Shown here: piece by piece, positions 1 through 11,935 of the stretch
Layout of the letters: each line of letters begins with the position of its first letter
Numbering within the stretch: position 1 is the stretch's first letter
Source of the DNA: Octopus vulgaris
Lineage: Eukaryota
NCBI GenBank assembly: GCA_951406725.2
Contig: OX597842.1
Coordinates: 15,624,001 to 15,688,000 of the forward strand
Length of the DNA stretch: 64,000 nt
Reading direction: 5' to 3'
Notes under the pieces: model-generated
What the model saw: the letters and a program-made list of their open reading frames with translations, nothing else
The model's database searches: none
Told to the model about the DNA's origin: nothing
Made by a program: the position numbers and the translations under genes

Positions 1-624
1 ATTCTCATGCATCCCATCACAAGGATGATGCAATGGGCAAAGCACAAGTTTATGAATGGTTTTCACGATTTAGCAATGGTCACTTGTCGCTTGAAAACCA
101 ACCTTATTCATGACAACCGTCGACCTCCCAAACATCATGAAAATTCTTGATCTGATCGTGGAGGACCGTCGCCGACAATTGATGAACTTGTTGACATGTC
201 GGTTTTGTCCTGGAGCTCCTGCCAATGAATTTTGTGTGAGGAATTGTGAATGAAAAGCGTTCCAGCAAAATCCATGCCTCGTTTGCTCACGGAATGTCAA
301 AAACAGTCATGGCTGAATGCGTGTCGTGAGCAAGAAGAACGGCTATGAGGTAATCTGAATGTTTTTTCGAAGGTCATCACTTGTGGCGAAAGCTGGTGCT
401 ACGGAATTTGAAGATGTTGAAGTGAGGAAAGAAAACGATGGGGGCGTAAAAAAGCATCACTTCGGAATAGGTCCAACACTGATTCCAGTAGCTGAAAAGG
501 CGCCTGGAACGATGCATTGATTAAAATGGAGAATAATTTGAACACAATAAAAGTGTAAATATGTAAAACTAAGTGAATAATATAATCTTTCGAAATTACG
601 GTTTCTTTTGGGCAGCCCCTCGTA
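1..624 (+). mobile_element. Decayed, internally deleted mariner transposon (3' part, right TIR)
   Basis: Right TIR ttacggtttcttttgggcagcccctcgta at ~597-624; broken transposase residues (...KVIT(C/G)(G/D)ESWCY); near-identical to 14821-15445. Confidence 0.75.
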
Positions 625-1073
625 TGTATGTACACACAAGCGGCTACGGCCAAGCTTCCCTGGGATTATTAATACCTAAAAGAGATATTATCTCATCATT
701 TCCTGATATTTTGTGTAAACCGTTGTTTAAAAGATGCCAAGATGCGGAAACTCCTCAGTTTGTCTATAAATGTTAATTTACTGAGAATTGTAAATACACA
801 GAACATAAGAAAATACTAAAATACAATTTACTTTTATATTTATATTTTCTGTGGTAAATATTTTTAGAACACGCTACAAATTTTCAAAATATCTTTAAAG
901 TAATTGCTTTTCTAACAAGTAAACTTTTACAATGACTAACGTAGTGCTTGAAGTATACACTGTTCTTATTTTGCCCTTGGTTGCAGACAAGTAGTGAAGA
1001 TCTCAGATTTGATATTTAGGATGTCGGCTGGAAAGCTAAGACTTTATATATTTTATTTTACAGAATATGGCTT

Positions 1074-2656
1074 TTTTGAAAGGTGATGAAGAAGGCAACT
1101 TTTGTGTGCAGAGGCAAGAAATATGATACGGTGGAGGTTAGGTGCGCAACAAAAGAAGGTGCGGCCTCGCTAGCTACCACCGTACTTAGAGCCGAAAACT
1201 TCATCATGTGGCCTACTTACAAAAGGAGAAGAGGCGTATGGGTCAAAATCCCAAATATACACCCAGAATTGAAGACAGAATGGCTGGCAACAGCCATCCT
1301 AGGGTCAGCTGAGGAAGAGATAGAAATTGGCTCGATAAAGGAGACCAACATTGTGAAATGGAAGGGATACGGGGTAGAGATGTGGCTGACGGCCACAAAC
1401 AGAGATATAGAACGGATTCCCTTCCAAACAGAAGTAGAAGATGGAAAAGCCCTCAGCGTAATCGTGGGGGGGAGGAAGCCAAATTGCTACTTGTGCGGGA
1501 CAAGAGGACACATAAAAAAAGAATGTCCGCTATACGAATTCATGGCGGAGTGTGAAAGAGCAGAGGAAAACAAAAATGAGAATGAAAAAGAACCCGAAGA
1601 CAGGAACAATACACTAAAGGAGAAAGAAAGCAAGGAAAAGTAAACAACGGTAAAAGGAAATAACAATACACGGAAGGAAAATGAAAACAACGGAATAAAT
1701 TAATAGAAAAAGAACAAAAGTCACAGGGTAGAGAAGTAATAGAGAAAGAACCAAAACAAAATCAAGAGAAAGAAAAAGAAAGTAAAAGAGGAAAAAAACA
1801 ATAGAAGGAACAGAATCAAGAGAAAGGAAAGAATGTTACACAAAAAGAAAAGACAGGAAAAAAATACGACAGACAAAGAGCCAAAAAGACAAGAGAAGGT
1901 AAAAGAAAGGGAAAGCAAAAATAGAGAAAGAGAAAAAGCGAGAGAGGAAGGTAAAGAAGAAGTCAGTCCGAAGAGGAAACTAAAGAGAACATAGGTCCAA
2001 ATAGAAGGTATAAATTTTATGGAACATTGGTTCAATACAGACACTGTGGGGGAGATGGAGGAAATAATAAGTGAAACAGAGGGATATTCACGGGTCAGGA
2101 TGGGCACGGAGTGGAGGGAAACGGGTGTACTGGTCCATGAAGACAGCGCCGAAGCGTTTATCGAGGCCACCGGTGTGAACGTAGTAAGGCATGCGAAGTG
2201 CCGACTGGTAAGATACCCACGAGAGATGCAGAATTACAACGACCTGACAAAGGTAATGGAACTGATTTAAAATTATAGGAAAAAAAAAGAATTAGAAAAG
2301 ACTTTTGTTAATTTCAAATGTACTTTGAAATCTTGAAAATGTATTATGAAAGCGTTATATTTGAATTTGTGGAAAACAATTTTTCTGTAAAATATTCAAT
2401 TGATAATGTATTTTGGAAATTCTCTTTGGAAATTTATTGCGATCGAATGTATTGCGAAATGCTGTAAAATGTATTTAGTTATTTTTGAAAATATTGTAAA
2501 ATGTAATTAAAAATGACGAAATGTAACCACCTGATTTCGGGGATCGGGTGGGGCATTACACCACATTTATACATACTTCATACCTCATTAATTTTTTTTT
2601 TCCCGATTGTACTGTCCCCTCTATGTTCACCCCTTGTGGGTAGTAATAAAATCATT
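1074..2656 (+). mobile_element. ORF1-only ('half') Tx1-like retroelement, 5'-truncated (element F)
   Basis: ORF 1083..1643 has RGKKYDTVEVR and CCHC knuckle CYLCGTRGHIKKEC, then a K/E-rich tail. No ORF2. Ends in a Tx1-type 3' terminus ...tgtcccctctatgttcaccccttgtgggtagtAATAAA (~2627-2651). The left junction follows cagaatatggctt, which continues differently in the paralogous cassettes at ~10650 and ~15885. Confidence 0.75.
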
Positions 2657-5600
2657 CAAGTTAATTGATGTCTGATTTTTCCCGTCCTTGAAGCGTGGTA
2701 TTTGGAGTAATTTGTAAGTAACGGTTTAGCGTTTGTTAAACAAATTGTTGTTTTGTTTGAACTTTGAACGTCTGATGTAATAACGAAAAATATTGTTATT
2801 CTCTTCCGTTAGAGGGGGGGGAAGTGCTACACGTTACATACAAAAACAAATATATATATAACATTACATTTGTGAAAAACAAAATGAACAATACATTTGA
2901 AAAAATGAACAAAATAGACATGATGTCAAAAAAATGTTGTTTGAAGTGGAAACACCGTCCGCTTCAAGTGACGAAGGTTTGCCTTCAAGTGAAGCAGTTT
3001 TGCCTTCAGTGAAAGTCATCGAAGGTTCGCCTTCAAGTGTAGCTGTGTCTGCAGCTAAAATTATTGAAGGTTCGCCTTCAAGGGAAGCTGTGTCTGCTGC
3101 TAAAGTTATTGAAGGTTCGCCTTCAAATGTAGCTGTGTCTGCAGCTAAAATTATTGAAGGTTCGCCTTCAAGGGAAGCTGTGTCTGCTGCTAAAGTTATT
3201 GAAGGTTCGCCTTCAAATGTAGCTGTGTCTGCTGCTAAAATTATTGAAGGTTCGCCTTCAAATGTAGCTGTGTCTGCTGCTAAAATTATTGAAGGTTCGC
3301 CTTCAAATGTAGCTGTGTCTGCTGCTAAAATTATTGAAGGTTCGCCTTGAAATGTAGCTGTGTCTGCTGCTAAAATTATTGAAGGTTCGCCTTCAAATGT
3401 AGCTGTGTCTGCTGCTAAAATTATTGAAGGTTCGCCTTCAAATGTAGCTGTGTCTGCTGCTAAAATTATTGAAGGTTCGCCTTCAAATGTAGCTGTGTCT
3501 GCTGCTAAAATTATTGAAGGTTCGCCTTGAAATGTAGCTGTGTCTGCTGCTAAAATTATTGAAGGTTCGCCTTCAAATGTAGCTGTGTCTGCTGCTAAAA
3601 TTATTGAAGGTTCGCCTTCAAATGTAGCTGTGTCTGCTGCTAAAATTATTGAAGGTTCGCCTTCAAATGTAGCTGTGTCTGCTGCTAAAATTATTGAAGG
3701 TTCGCCTTCAAATGTAGCTGTGTCTGCTGCTAAAATTATTGAAGGTTCGCCTTCAAATGTAGCTGTGTCTGCTGCTAAAATTATTGAAGGTTCGCCTTCA
3801 AATGTAGCTGTGTCTGCTGCTAAAATTATTGAAGGTTCGCCTTCAAATGTAGCTGTGTCTGCTGCTAAAATTATTGAAGGTTCGCCTTCAAATGTAGCTG
3901 TGTCTGCTGCTAAAATTATTGAAGGTTCGCCTTCAAATGTAGCTGTGTCTGCAGCTAAAATTATTGAAGGTTCGCCTTCAAATGTAGCTGTGTCTGCTGC
4001 TAAAATTATTGAAGGTTCGCCTTCAAATGTAGCTGTGTCTGCTGCTAAAATTATTGAAGGTTCGCCTTGAAATGTAGCTGTGTCTGCTGCTAAAATTATT
4101 GAAGGTTCGCCTTGAAATGTAGCTGTGTCTGCTGCTAAAATTATTGAAGGTTCGCCTTCAAATGTAGCTGTGTCTGCTGCTAAAATTATTGAAGGTTCGC
4201 CTTGAAATGTAGCTGTGTCTGCTGCTAAAATTATTGAAGGTTCGCCTTGAAATGTAGCTGTGTCTGCTGCTAAAATTATTGAAGGTTCGCCTTGAAATGT
4301 AGCTGTGTCTGCTGCTAAAATTATTGAAGGTTCGCCTTCAAATGTAGCTGTGTCTGCTGCTAAAATTATTGAAGGTTCGCCTTCAAATGTAGCTGTGTCT
4401 GCTGCTAAAATTATTGAAGGTTCGCCTTCAAATGTAGCTGTGTCTGCTGCTAAAATTATTGAAGGTTCGCCTTCGAAAGGGAAACAAGCTAAAACGTACA
4501 ACTTCGCAGCCGCCGCTGGACGGAAGACGGAAGAGATTAAAATGGAGGACACAGAATACAAAAAATACAAAAATATGTTTGTAAGGGAGGAGAATAATAT
4601 AAAAGCCACCCTCCCAGAAGATATTAAAAATGAAACACAAAGAAGGATAGTGATTTACAAATCATTTGTAATAAAAGAGAAGAAATCGAAGAAGTAACAA
4701 AAGAACAGGCAGAGAAGTGCCTGCAACCAATATGGCAAGACATAGATTTCGTGACATGGGGCAAAAAGTACGCCACAATAATGGTCTATTTTAAGAGCGA
4801 GCAAATGGCATGAAAGCACTCGCTAACCCCATTTCAGGCGAGTGATATTGTTCTCTTGCTTTCTTATTTGGGGCAGAGGTCAGCCAAAATAAGAATCGAG
4901 GAAATACCTCCAGAAATCGAGGTAAAGTGGTTGCTTCCAGCCTTGCTAATAGGGCTGGAAGAAAAAATAAGTGTTATAGAGATAACAAAGATCAGGATGG
5001 AAAACTGGAGAGGTCAAACTCTTCAAGTGACAGTACAGGCGGCCCCAAAGACATTGGAGGAGGTCGCAGAAAATATCAATTTCAGCAATGAAATAAATTT
5101 GCGCGTGGTGGTGGAGGCCCGAAAGCCTCGATGCTACGGATGTGGTGAGAAAGGCCACATCCGTATAGACTGCTCCACCCGCAAGAAAGAAGAAGAAGAA
5201 AGAAAAAGGACGGAAGCAGAGGAGAAGAGGAAAAAAGAGACGGTGGAAGAGAAAACAACAGAAGAAAATGCCTTCACACTGGTGAGGCAAAAAAAAAACA
5301 CCAAAAAGAAAAAAATGAAGACTTAAACCCACCCACCCCATGCACAAGCAAAAAGAAAAATAACACACAGGGGGGAAAATTTACCCCACCCAACCACGGT
5401 TCCCCACAAAAGAAAAGAAAGAGAAGACCCTCCCAACCCAACCCGAACAACCACTCCCACCCCTACCTCCCAGTGTCGAACAATTCCCTCCCCTCCCAAA
5501 CTACTCCCCACCGTCCACCCCATCACCCCCACGAAGCCCAAAGAAAAAAATGGAAGGTTTAGAGATGGTGTACATCTCAATAAACAAAGATAATGATAGG

Positions 5601-6950
5601 TTGGTGAAACTTATTGATGAAGTCCCAACAGCGGAAAAAATTCAAACTTACAGGGTATTGCCCAAAAATGTAGAAGTGTGTAAGATCGACATGTTAAATT
5701 ACAACATTATACATGAGGAATACCCAAAATACATTAAAGGTCCGCGTCTCGACTTGCATGAGTCGTTGTATAAAGCGGACTTCCCCCCCACGACCAATGG
5801 AAAAAAGGAAAACCAACTAAAAGGTAGGTGATGGCTCGTATTCATGTAGGGTGCATAAATGTGCGTCGCCTGGTGTCGAATTGGAAGCAAGGGCGCCTCC
5901 TAAACGACATCAGGTCACGGGATTTAGATGTTGTTGTTGCCACAGAAACCTGGTTAAAGGGGCCAAGAGATCCACTCCCGCTGTTCGGCGGTTACGAGAG
6001 AATTATCTCTCCGAGCCGTCTGTCCGGCGGAAGCGGGGTGTTGGTCCTGTGTAAAAAGAACCGGGTTTCTGAGAAAAAGTAGATTTTTTTCAGATCCAGA
6101 AGGGAGACTGGTCTTCGTTGATTTGACGTTCAGTAGTCGTAAGACAATCAGACTGGTTGCGGTTTACGAACCCCACAGTCAAGGGGAACAGAGTGATTAT
6201 TTTCGGAACCTTGGAAAGTTTCTGAGTACATCGCATCCTTTAGTTGTTTTAGGAGACTTCAACACAGTCTACGATGTGCGGGTAGACTGTGAGGGCTCGC
6301 GAAGGAAAGGAAATGCTTGCTTCCAGGATCTACTAAGACGTTTCGAGCTGGTAGATCCATATAGACTGGAACATTCGAACGCTCCATTGTGGACATGGTC
6401 AAACAGCGACGGATCTATCAAGTCGTACATAGACAGGATATTAATTAGAAAAGTAGATAAGACACTAGCTAGGAGTCCACAGCTCCACATGGTCAGCTAC
6501 AGTGACCACAAGATGGTCACCTGTAGGCTAGACATAGATAGGACGAATAGAGGTCCTGGTTACTGGAAACTTAATACGTCCCTTTTGGCGATTAAGGATA
6601 AGGTTAATGATTCAGAGGGCTTTGACCGGAACAATAATTAACAACATATGGGGGTATGCCCTCAAGCGAGCCATCAGATATGAGTCCATTAGATATAGTA
6701 TAGATCTAGTAGCCAGAGAAGCTAGAAGGGAATCAGCACTAGTTAAGGACTTAGAGCAAGCAATACGAACTGGCACGGCAGCCCAGGTGAAGGTCAAGAG
6801 ACTGGTTTTAAACCAGCACCTCGAAGCCAAACACATGGGTTGCATTGTCAGGGCTAGACAACGTGCAATGGGGAGCGAAGGAATTAATGCCGCGAGATGG
6901 GCCGCAGTGGTGGAAGCCCAACGTGGCAACGATGCCACAATTCGATCTTT
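2657..6950 (+). mobile_element. Decayed Tx1-clade LINE, 3'-truncated (element G): broken ORF1 plus APE endonuclease part of ORF2
   Basis: ORF1 pieces with CYGCGEKGHIRIDC; ORF2 start MARIHVGCINVRRL, ATETWL, LGDFN, SYIDRI, YSDHKMV, GPGYWKLN; stops and frameshifts; 4513-6950 is nearly identical to 31876-34312. Confidence 0.9.
3020..4474 (+). repeat. 45-bp minisatellite, about 32 units (aatgtagctgtgtctgctgctaaaattattgaaggttcgccttca), inside the ORF1 N-terminus of element G
   Basis: Exact 45-nt period; reads NVAVSAAKIIEGSPS in the ORF1 frame; seven units carry a TCA>TGA change. Confidence 0.97.
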
Positions 6951-7429
6951 GAAATTAATGAGCTCTACTCCTTCTTCAAAACGCAGAAAGTAAAATCAAG
7001 TGGGTTTTAAACTTAAAATGCAAAGAGCTACAAAATTCCCATACGAGACCCAGTCCCATATCCCTACACTTTGTCTAGTCCACTGGCCTCTTTAGGTACG
7101 CAAACAGCCTTAAGTTAAGGATGTCCTCGGCTAGATTTTAAGTCAGAATATCGAATGCAAGATTAAATAACACAAGGTGTCACTCAACTCGACGGCCTGC
7201 AGGTTCGGCCAATTTTTGAATAAATGATGAATGAAATTAAGAACATTTTAAATTTCTAAATAATATATATCGTATATTCAACATCTGCAGATATACGGAT
7301 TTCTATTTAATTCAGACAATCCCAAATGAGTAGAGAAGCAAGTGAATTCGCTTGAATCGATCGAATGTAGTATTGAAATAGTTTATTTAAACTGGAAACT
7401 TGAAATATTTAATGCCATATAATTTTATC

Positions 7430-7567
7430 TACTGTAGGCACAAGACCCGAAATTTTGGAGGAAGGAGAGTCGATGAGATCGACCGTAGTACGAAACTGTT
7501 ACTTAATTTGTCGACCCGAAAGGATAAAAAGCAAAGTCGACTTCGGCGGAATTTGAAGTCAGAACGA
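7430..7567 (-). mobile_element. SINE fragment (paralogous copies at ~12150-12286 and ~17975-18115)
   Basis: ...atcgaccccgaaaggatgaaaggcaaagtcgacttcggcggaatttgaagtcagaacg-like motif, recalled from abundant octopus SINEs, with a degenerate B-box on the minus strand. Family assignment is from memory. Confidence 0.5.
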
Positions 7568-9118
7568 TTAATACAAATTTAATATAAATCCATTAATCTG
7601 AAATAATACTCAGGAATAGTCTAACCCACTCTGTACAATCTAGGGTACTTTTCAGTTGAACTGTAACAGACAGATCAGCTAAATCTTAAGCTTAAAGAAT
7701 TTTGTAGAATTATAACTAATGTGTTTTTATTTCTAAAAAGGTATCGGGTTTATGATATCAACCTAAATTTTACTGATGACGTCTTTAATAAAAATAAGTT
7801 TCATAATACCGGACTATTGTACATGTTTCATTTACGTAATATCAGATTCAGGCAATTTAAGCGGATCTCGTAATTATCTGCAGTTTAATTAGTCTAACAA
7901 TATCACTTTTAATTGTAAACGTAATATAGACATGCAATAATTAACTGTCATTCTGTTACTAAATCAGCTAATATCAATATAACTGTAACAATAAACATCT
8001 TAAATTTAGTAAATGATGTTGCGAAATGCGGCACCCGGGGGGCAGTCCAGCAAGCCAATTTGATTAAAGTGAAGGAAGTAGGCATACCTGGCCGGATTAT
8101 TTGCGTAATGTGGTTCTTCGTTGCCAGGTTCATTTCGACTGCTCACATGGCATCATTACACCGATGTCTTCGTTGACAAATCCACACTGTATGCAGTTCT
8201 TCGTCGTCTGACCTCAAACCAACTGTTCACATCACCCAACTCTCATCTCTAACTCTTCCCATCGCCCAACTCTTATCCGATTTTTAATTACCTACAAGGG
8301 TCTAACATAGACGGACAATACGCACATTTGGGGATAATAAACATATGAAAGAACAGAAGAAGAAGAAAAAGAAGAAATGGAAGAAGAAGAAGAAGAAGAA
8401 GAAGAAGAAGAAGAAGAAGAAGAAGAAGAAGAAGAAGAAGGAGAAAAATGAGCAAATGCAGGACGATAAGATGTAGAAGTGAAAGAAAAACAAGACTGGT
8501 AGGACAAAAACAACATCAAATCAGCAACATTAAAACAATAAGTAGAGGAAGTAGAAGAAGAAAACGGAGACGAAGAATATGTAAAAGGAGATAATAACTA
8601 ATACGATGAAACGAAGGAAACGAAAATGACGAAAAGAAGGAGAAGACGAAGAAAAAGAGGAGGAGTAAGAAGGAGAAGAGCAAGGAAGTGGAGGAGGAGG
8701 TAATGAAGTTGAAGTGGAAGTAGAAGTTAAAGAAGAAGAGGAAGGAGATGAAGAATAAGTCGGAGAAGAAAAGAAGAAGAAAGGAACAAGAATTAAGTCC
8801 AAGAAGAATTTTATAAATGAGTTTTATAAATGACGTAGTTCTAAATGTACAAAAGCCATCGGTATTGAAGCATGTTATTTAGCGTGAACACCAGACATAA
8901 TATCCATACCGAATGATAGACACGGGTGAATAAGGATTTGTATGTTTATAGTGATGATGAACATGGTATTGATGCTGATGATGTTGGTGGTGAAGTTTCT
9001 CTTGTCGATGATGATGAAAATATAATACCGTGTGAAAGGAAAATGACGAGAGTGAGCGATACAAACATGGAAATATATCGGCAATGATATACTATAAATG
9101 AAGATTGATTTAACTTAC

Positions 9119-9190
9119 AGAGTTTTTAAATTGGTCAAATATTGGAAGGTTTCTGGTTGGATTTCTTTCAGGTTATTATTGTTAAAATAC
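9119..9190 (-). CDS. 72-nt single-LRR exon (most 3' exon in window): (L)YFNNNNLKEIQPETFQYLTNLKT(L)
   Basis: ttttatgttccAG|G TAT TTT AAC AAT AAT AAC CTG...AAA ACT CT|GTAAGTT; 72 nt, phase 2-2, LRR consensus. Confidence 0.88.
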
Positions 9191-9791
9191 CTGGAACATA
9201 AAATTGAGTTAAGATGAAACTTTATGGAACAGGTTTTTGGAAGTATATAACATATTCCAAGTAAGGAATTAAACTATGGAAATCATGAAGAGTTGATAAC
9301 GGTTATGTTGAAATTGATAATGATGATGATGTTCAAATTTGTGCAACTAACTGCGGTTGTCTATGGTAATGAATGAACTTGATGAACCTGACAATGTTGA
9401 CGGCTGAGAGAAAGAATAGTGTTGGAGAGAATAGTCTCGGTAACAATGATGGGATCGAAGAACGTTTCGGGGACCACTACTCTGGGTTGATCATGAAGCA
9501 AGCAAGCGTGTGTTTATGCACGCACGTGTGTATGTAAGCATGTGTGTATGTATGTGTGTTTCTGTATGCGTGTGTGTGTTAACTCAATAGTTGAACATGA
9601 ATAATGAAGAAGATTACATCTTCATAATTTATTTGTCGAAGCATTTTCTTCATATTACATTCATTGGTTAATCAGCCCAAGATTTCCTCAGGATGGTAAA
9701 AATAATATGCTCGGATTTCAAATCTTTATTCCATTACGTTACATATGTGTGTGTGGCTGTGTGTATATATGTATGTATATGCATATGTATA

Positions 9792-10600
9792 TACGAGGGG
9801 ATACACAAAAGTAACCGTAAATGTTCTCTGTAAGACAAACCCGTTGTAGTTCAGGTTTCCGTCGCCAAACTCCACTTGATGCGACTGTCAGGCATCAGTC
9901 AGCCAACCGGCGTTATCCGGTAGTGTTGTACTGCCGCGTAGTTCGTCTTTGTTTTGACGTGTTTCTGCTCAGTTCGTATGTTTTTTGCAATGGCTGGAAC
10001 GAAGGAACATTGTGCTTCTGTGAAATTCTGTTTACTGCTGCTGAAAACTGCAGATGAAACAATTTTCATGCATCCCATCGCAAGGATAATGCAATGGGCA
10101 AAGCACAAGTTTATGAATGGTTTTCACGATTTAGGAATGGTCACTTGTCGCTTGAAAACCAACCTCATTCATGACAACCGTCGACCTCCCGGCCATCATG
10201 AAAATTCATGATCTGATCCTGGAGGACCGTTACCGAGCAATTGATGAACTTGTTGACACGTCGGTTTGCCCGGAGCTCCTGCCAATGAATTTTGTGCGAG
10301 GAATTGTGAATGAAAAGCGTTCCAGCAAAATCTATGCCTCGTTTGCTCACGGAATGTCAAAAATAGTCACGGCTGAATGCGTGTCGTGAGCTAGAAGAAC
10401 GGTTATGAGGTAATCCGAAAGTTTTTTCGAAGGTCATCACTGGTGACGAAAGCTGGTACTACGGAATTTGAAGATGTTGAAGTGAGGAAAGAAAACGATG
10501 GAGGCATTAAAAAGCATCACTTCGGAATAGGTCCAACACTGATTCCAGTAGCTGAAAAGGCGCCTGGAACGATGCATTGATTAAAATGGAGAATAATTTG
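9792..10600 (+). mobile_element. Decayed mariner copy, right end deleted
   Basis: Left TIR tacgaggggatacacaaaagtaaccgtaa; HTH-region remnant (VKFCLLLLKTADET) and KVITGDESW; same left flank as the 14551 copy. Confidence 0.75.
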
Positions 10601-11735
10601 ATATTTAGGATGTCGGTTGGCAAGCTAAGACTTCATAGTTTTTATCTTACAGAATATGGCTTATTGTACTCTGTACCTTATATATCTTCACCTTTGCAAC
10701 TATACTCCACATAACAAGGTGTTCTACACCCACAACCCTTTAATTACTAGATTTATTTTGATTGTGAAATGATGTTAGACTTGCTAATCATCAATTTGTA
10801 GGGAAGATTTGATAATTGTGTTGTTATCACTTTTCATTAGTCAAATATTGAATTGATTTGTCTTTGTTGGTCCATTTCGTTATACCTAGTTTTATTACAT
10901 TTTCATGCTGTTATATATCTATAATTATAGACATATCGTTATATGTCGTCACTAATTACAATAGTAATTATACATAAATGATGCTACCGATTCACATATT
11001 AATGATAATATAGAGCTCAGGCATTCAAATCAGATATTATTTCTGTGTGTTTGCATGTTTGTAATGATGAGTTTTCAGGTTGGCGCTGTTGATTAATTTT
11101 TGAATGATGGGCCATATTTTGTGCCACAACCGATTGTGCTCAAGATGAAACGTTATGGAACAGCCATGTGGAAGTATATAACATATTTCGAGTAAGGAAT
11201 TAGACTATGGAAATCATGAAGTGTTGATTACAGTTCTGTTGAAATTGATAATGACGATGATGATGATGTTCAAGTGGGTGCAACTAACTGCGGTTGTCTT
11301 TGGTAATGAATAAAGTTGATGATGAACCTGACAATGTTGACGGCTGAGAGAAAGAATAGTGTTGCGGAGAATAGTCTCGGTAATGAGGATGGGAACAAAG
11401 AACGTTTCGGGGAACACAATCCTGGGATGATCATGAAGCAAGCAAGCGTGTGTTTGTGCACGCACGTATGTATGTAAGCATGTGTGTATGTACGTGTGTT
11501 TCTGTATGCGCATGTGTGTTAACTCAATAGTTGAACATGAAGAACGCAGAAGATTACATCTTCATAATTTATTTGTTGAAGCATTTTCTTCATATTACAT
11601 TCATTGGTTAATCAGCCCAAGATTTCCTCAGGATGGTAAAAAGTATCTGCTTGGATTTCAAATCCCTATTCCATTACTTTACGTATGTGAGTGTGTGTGG
11701 CTGTGTGTATATATGTTTGTATATGCATATGTATA

Positions 11736-11935
11736 TACGAGGGGATACACAAAAGTAACCGTAAATGTTCTCTGTAAGACAAACCCGTTGTAGTTCAGGT
11801 TTCCGTCGCTAAACTCCACTTGATGCGAATGTCAGGCATCAGTCAGCCAACCGGCGTTATCCGTAGTGTCGTATTGCCGCGTAGTTCGTCTTTGTTTTGA
11901 CGTAATTCTGCTCAGTTCGTATGTTTCTTGCAATT
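11736..11935 (+). mobile_element. Mariner left-end fragment inside a partial cassette copy
   Basis: Same left TIR and upstream flank as the 9792 and 14551 copies; cut at a 'caat' microhomology junction. Confidence 0.7.

Larger units (their letters stand above)
6951..10680. repeat. Segmental-duplication cassette carrying LRR exon 9119-9190
   Basis: Collinear and highly similar to ~11930-15950 (cassette of exon 13865); 6951-7803 also matches 17497-18350. Confidence 0.9.

Noticed and set aside
3020-4474. CRISPR-like array
   Set aside because: Units are contiguous with no unique spacers; eukaryotic context and no cas genes.
2864-4609. 581-aa minus-strand ORF with FEGEPSIILAADTAT repeats as a novel repeat protein
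   Set aside because: It is the stop-free antisense frame of the 45-bp minisatellite lying inside Tx1 ORF1.
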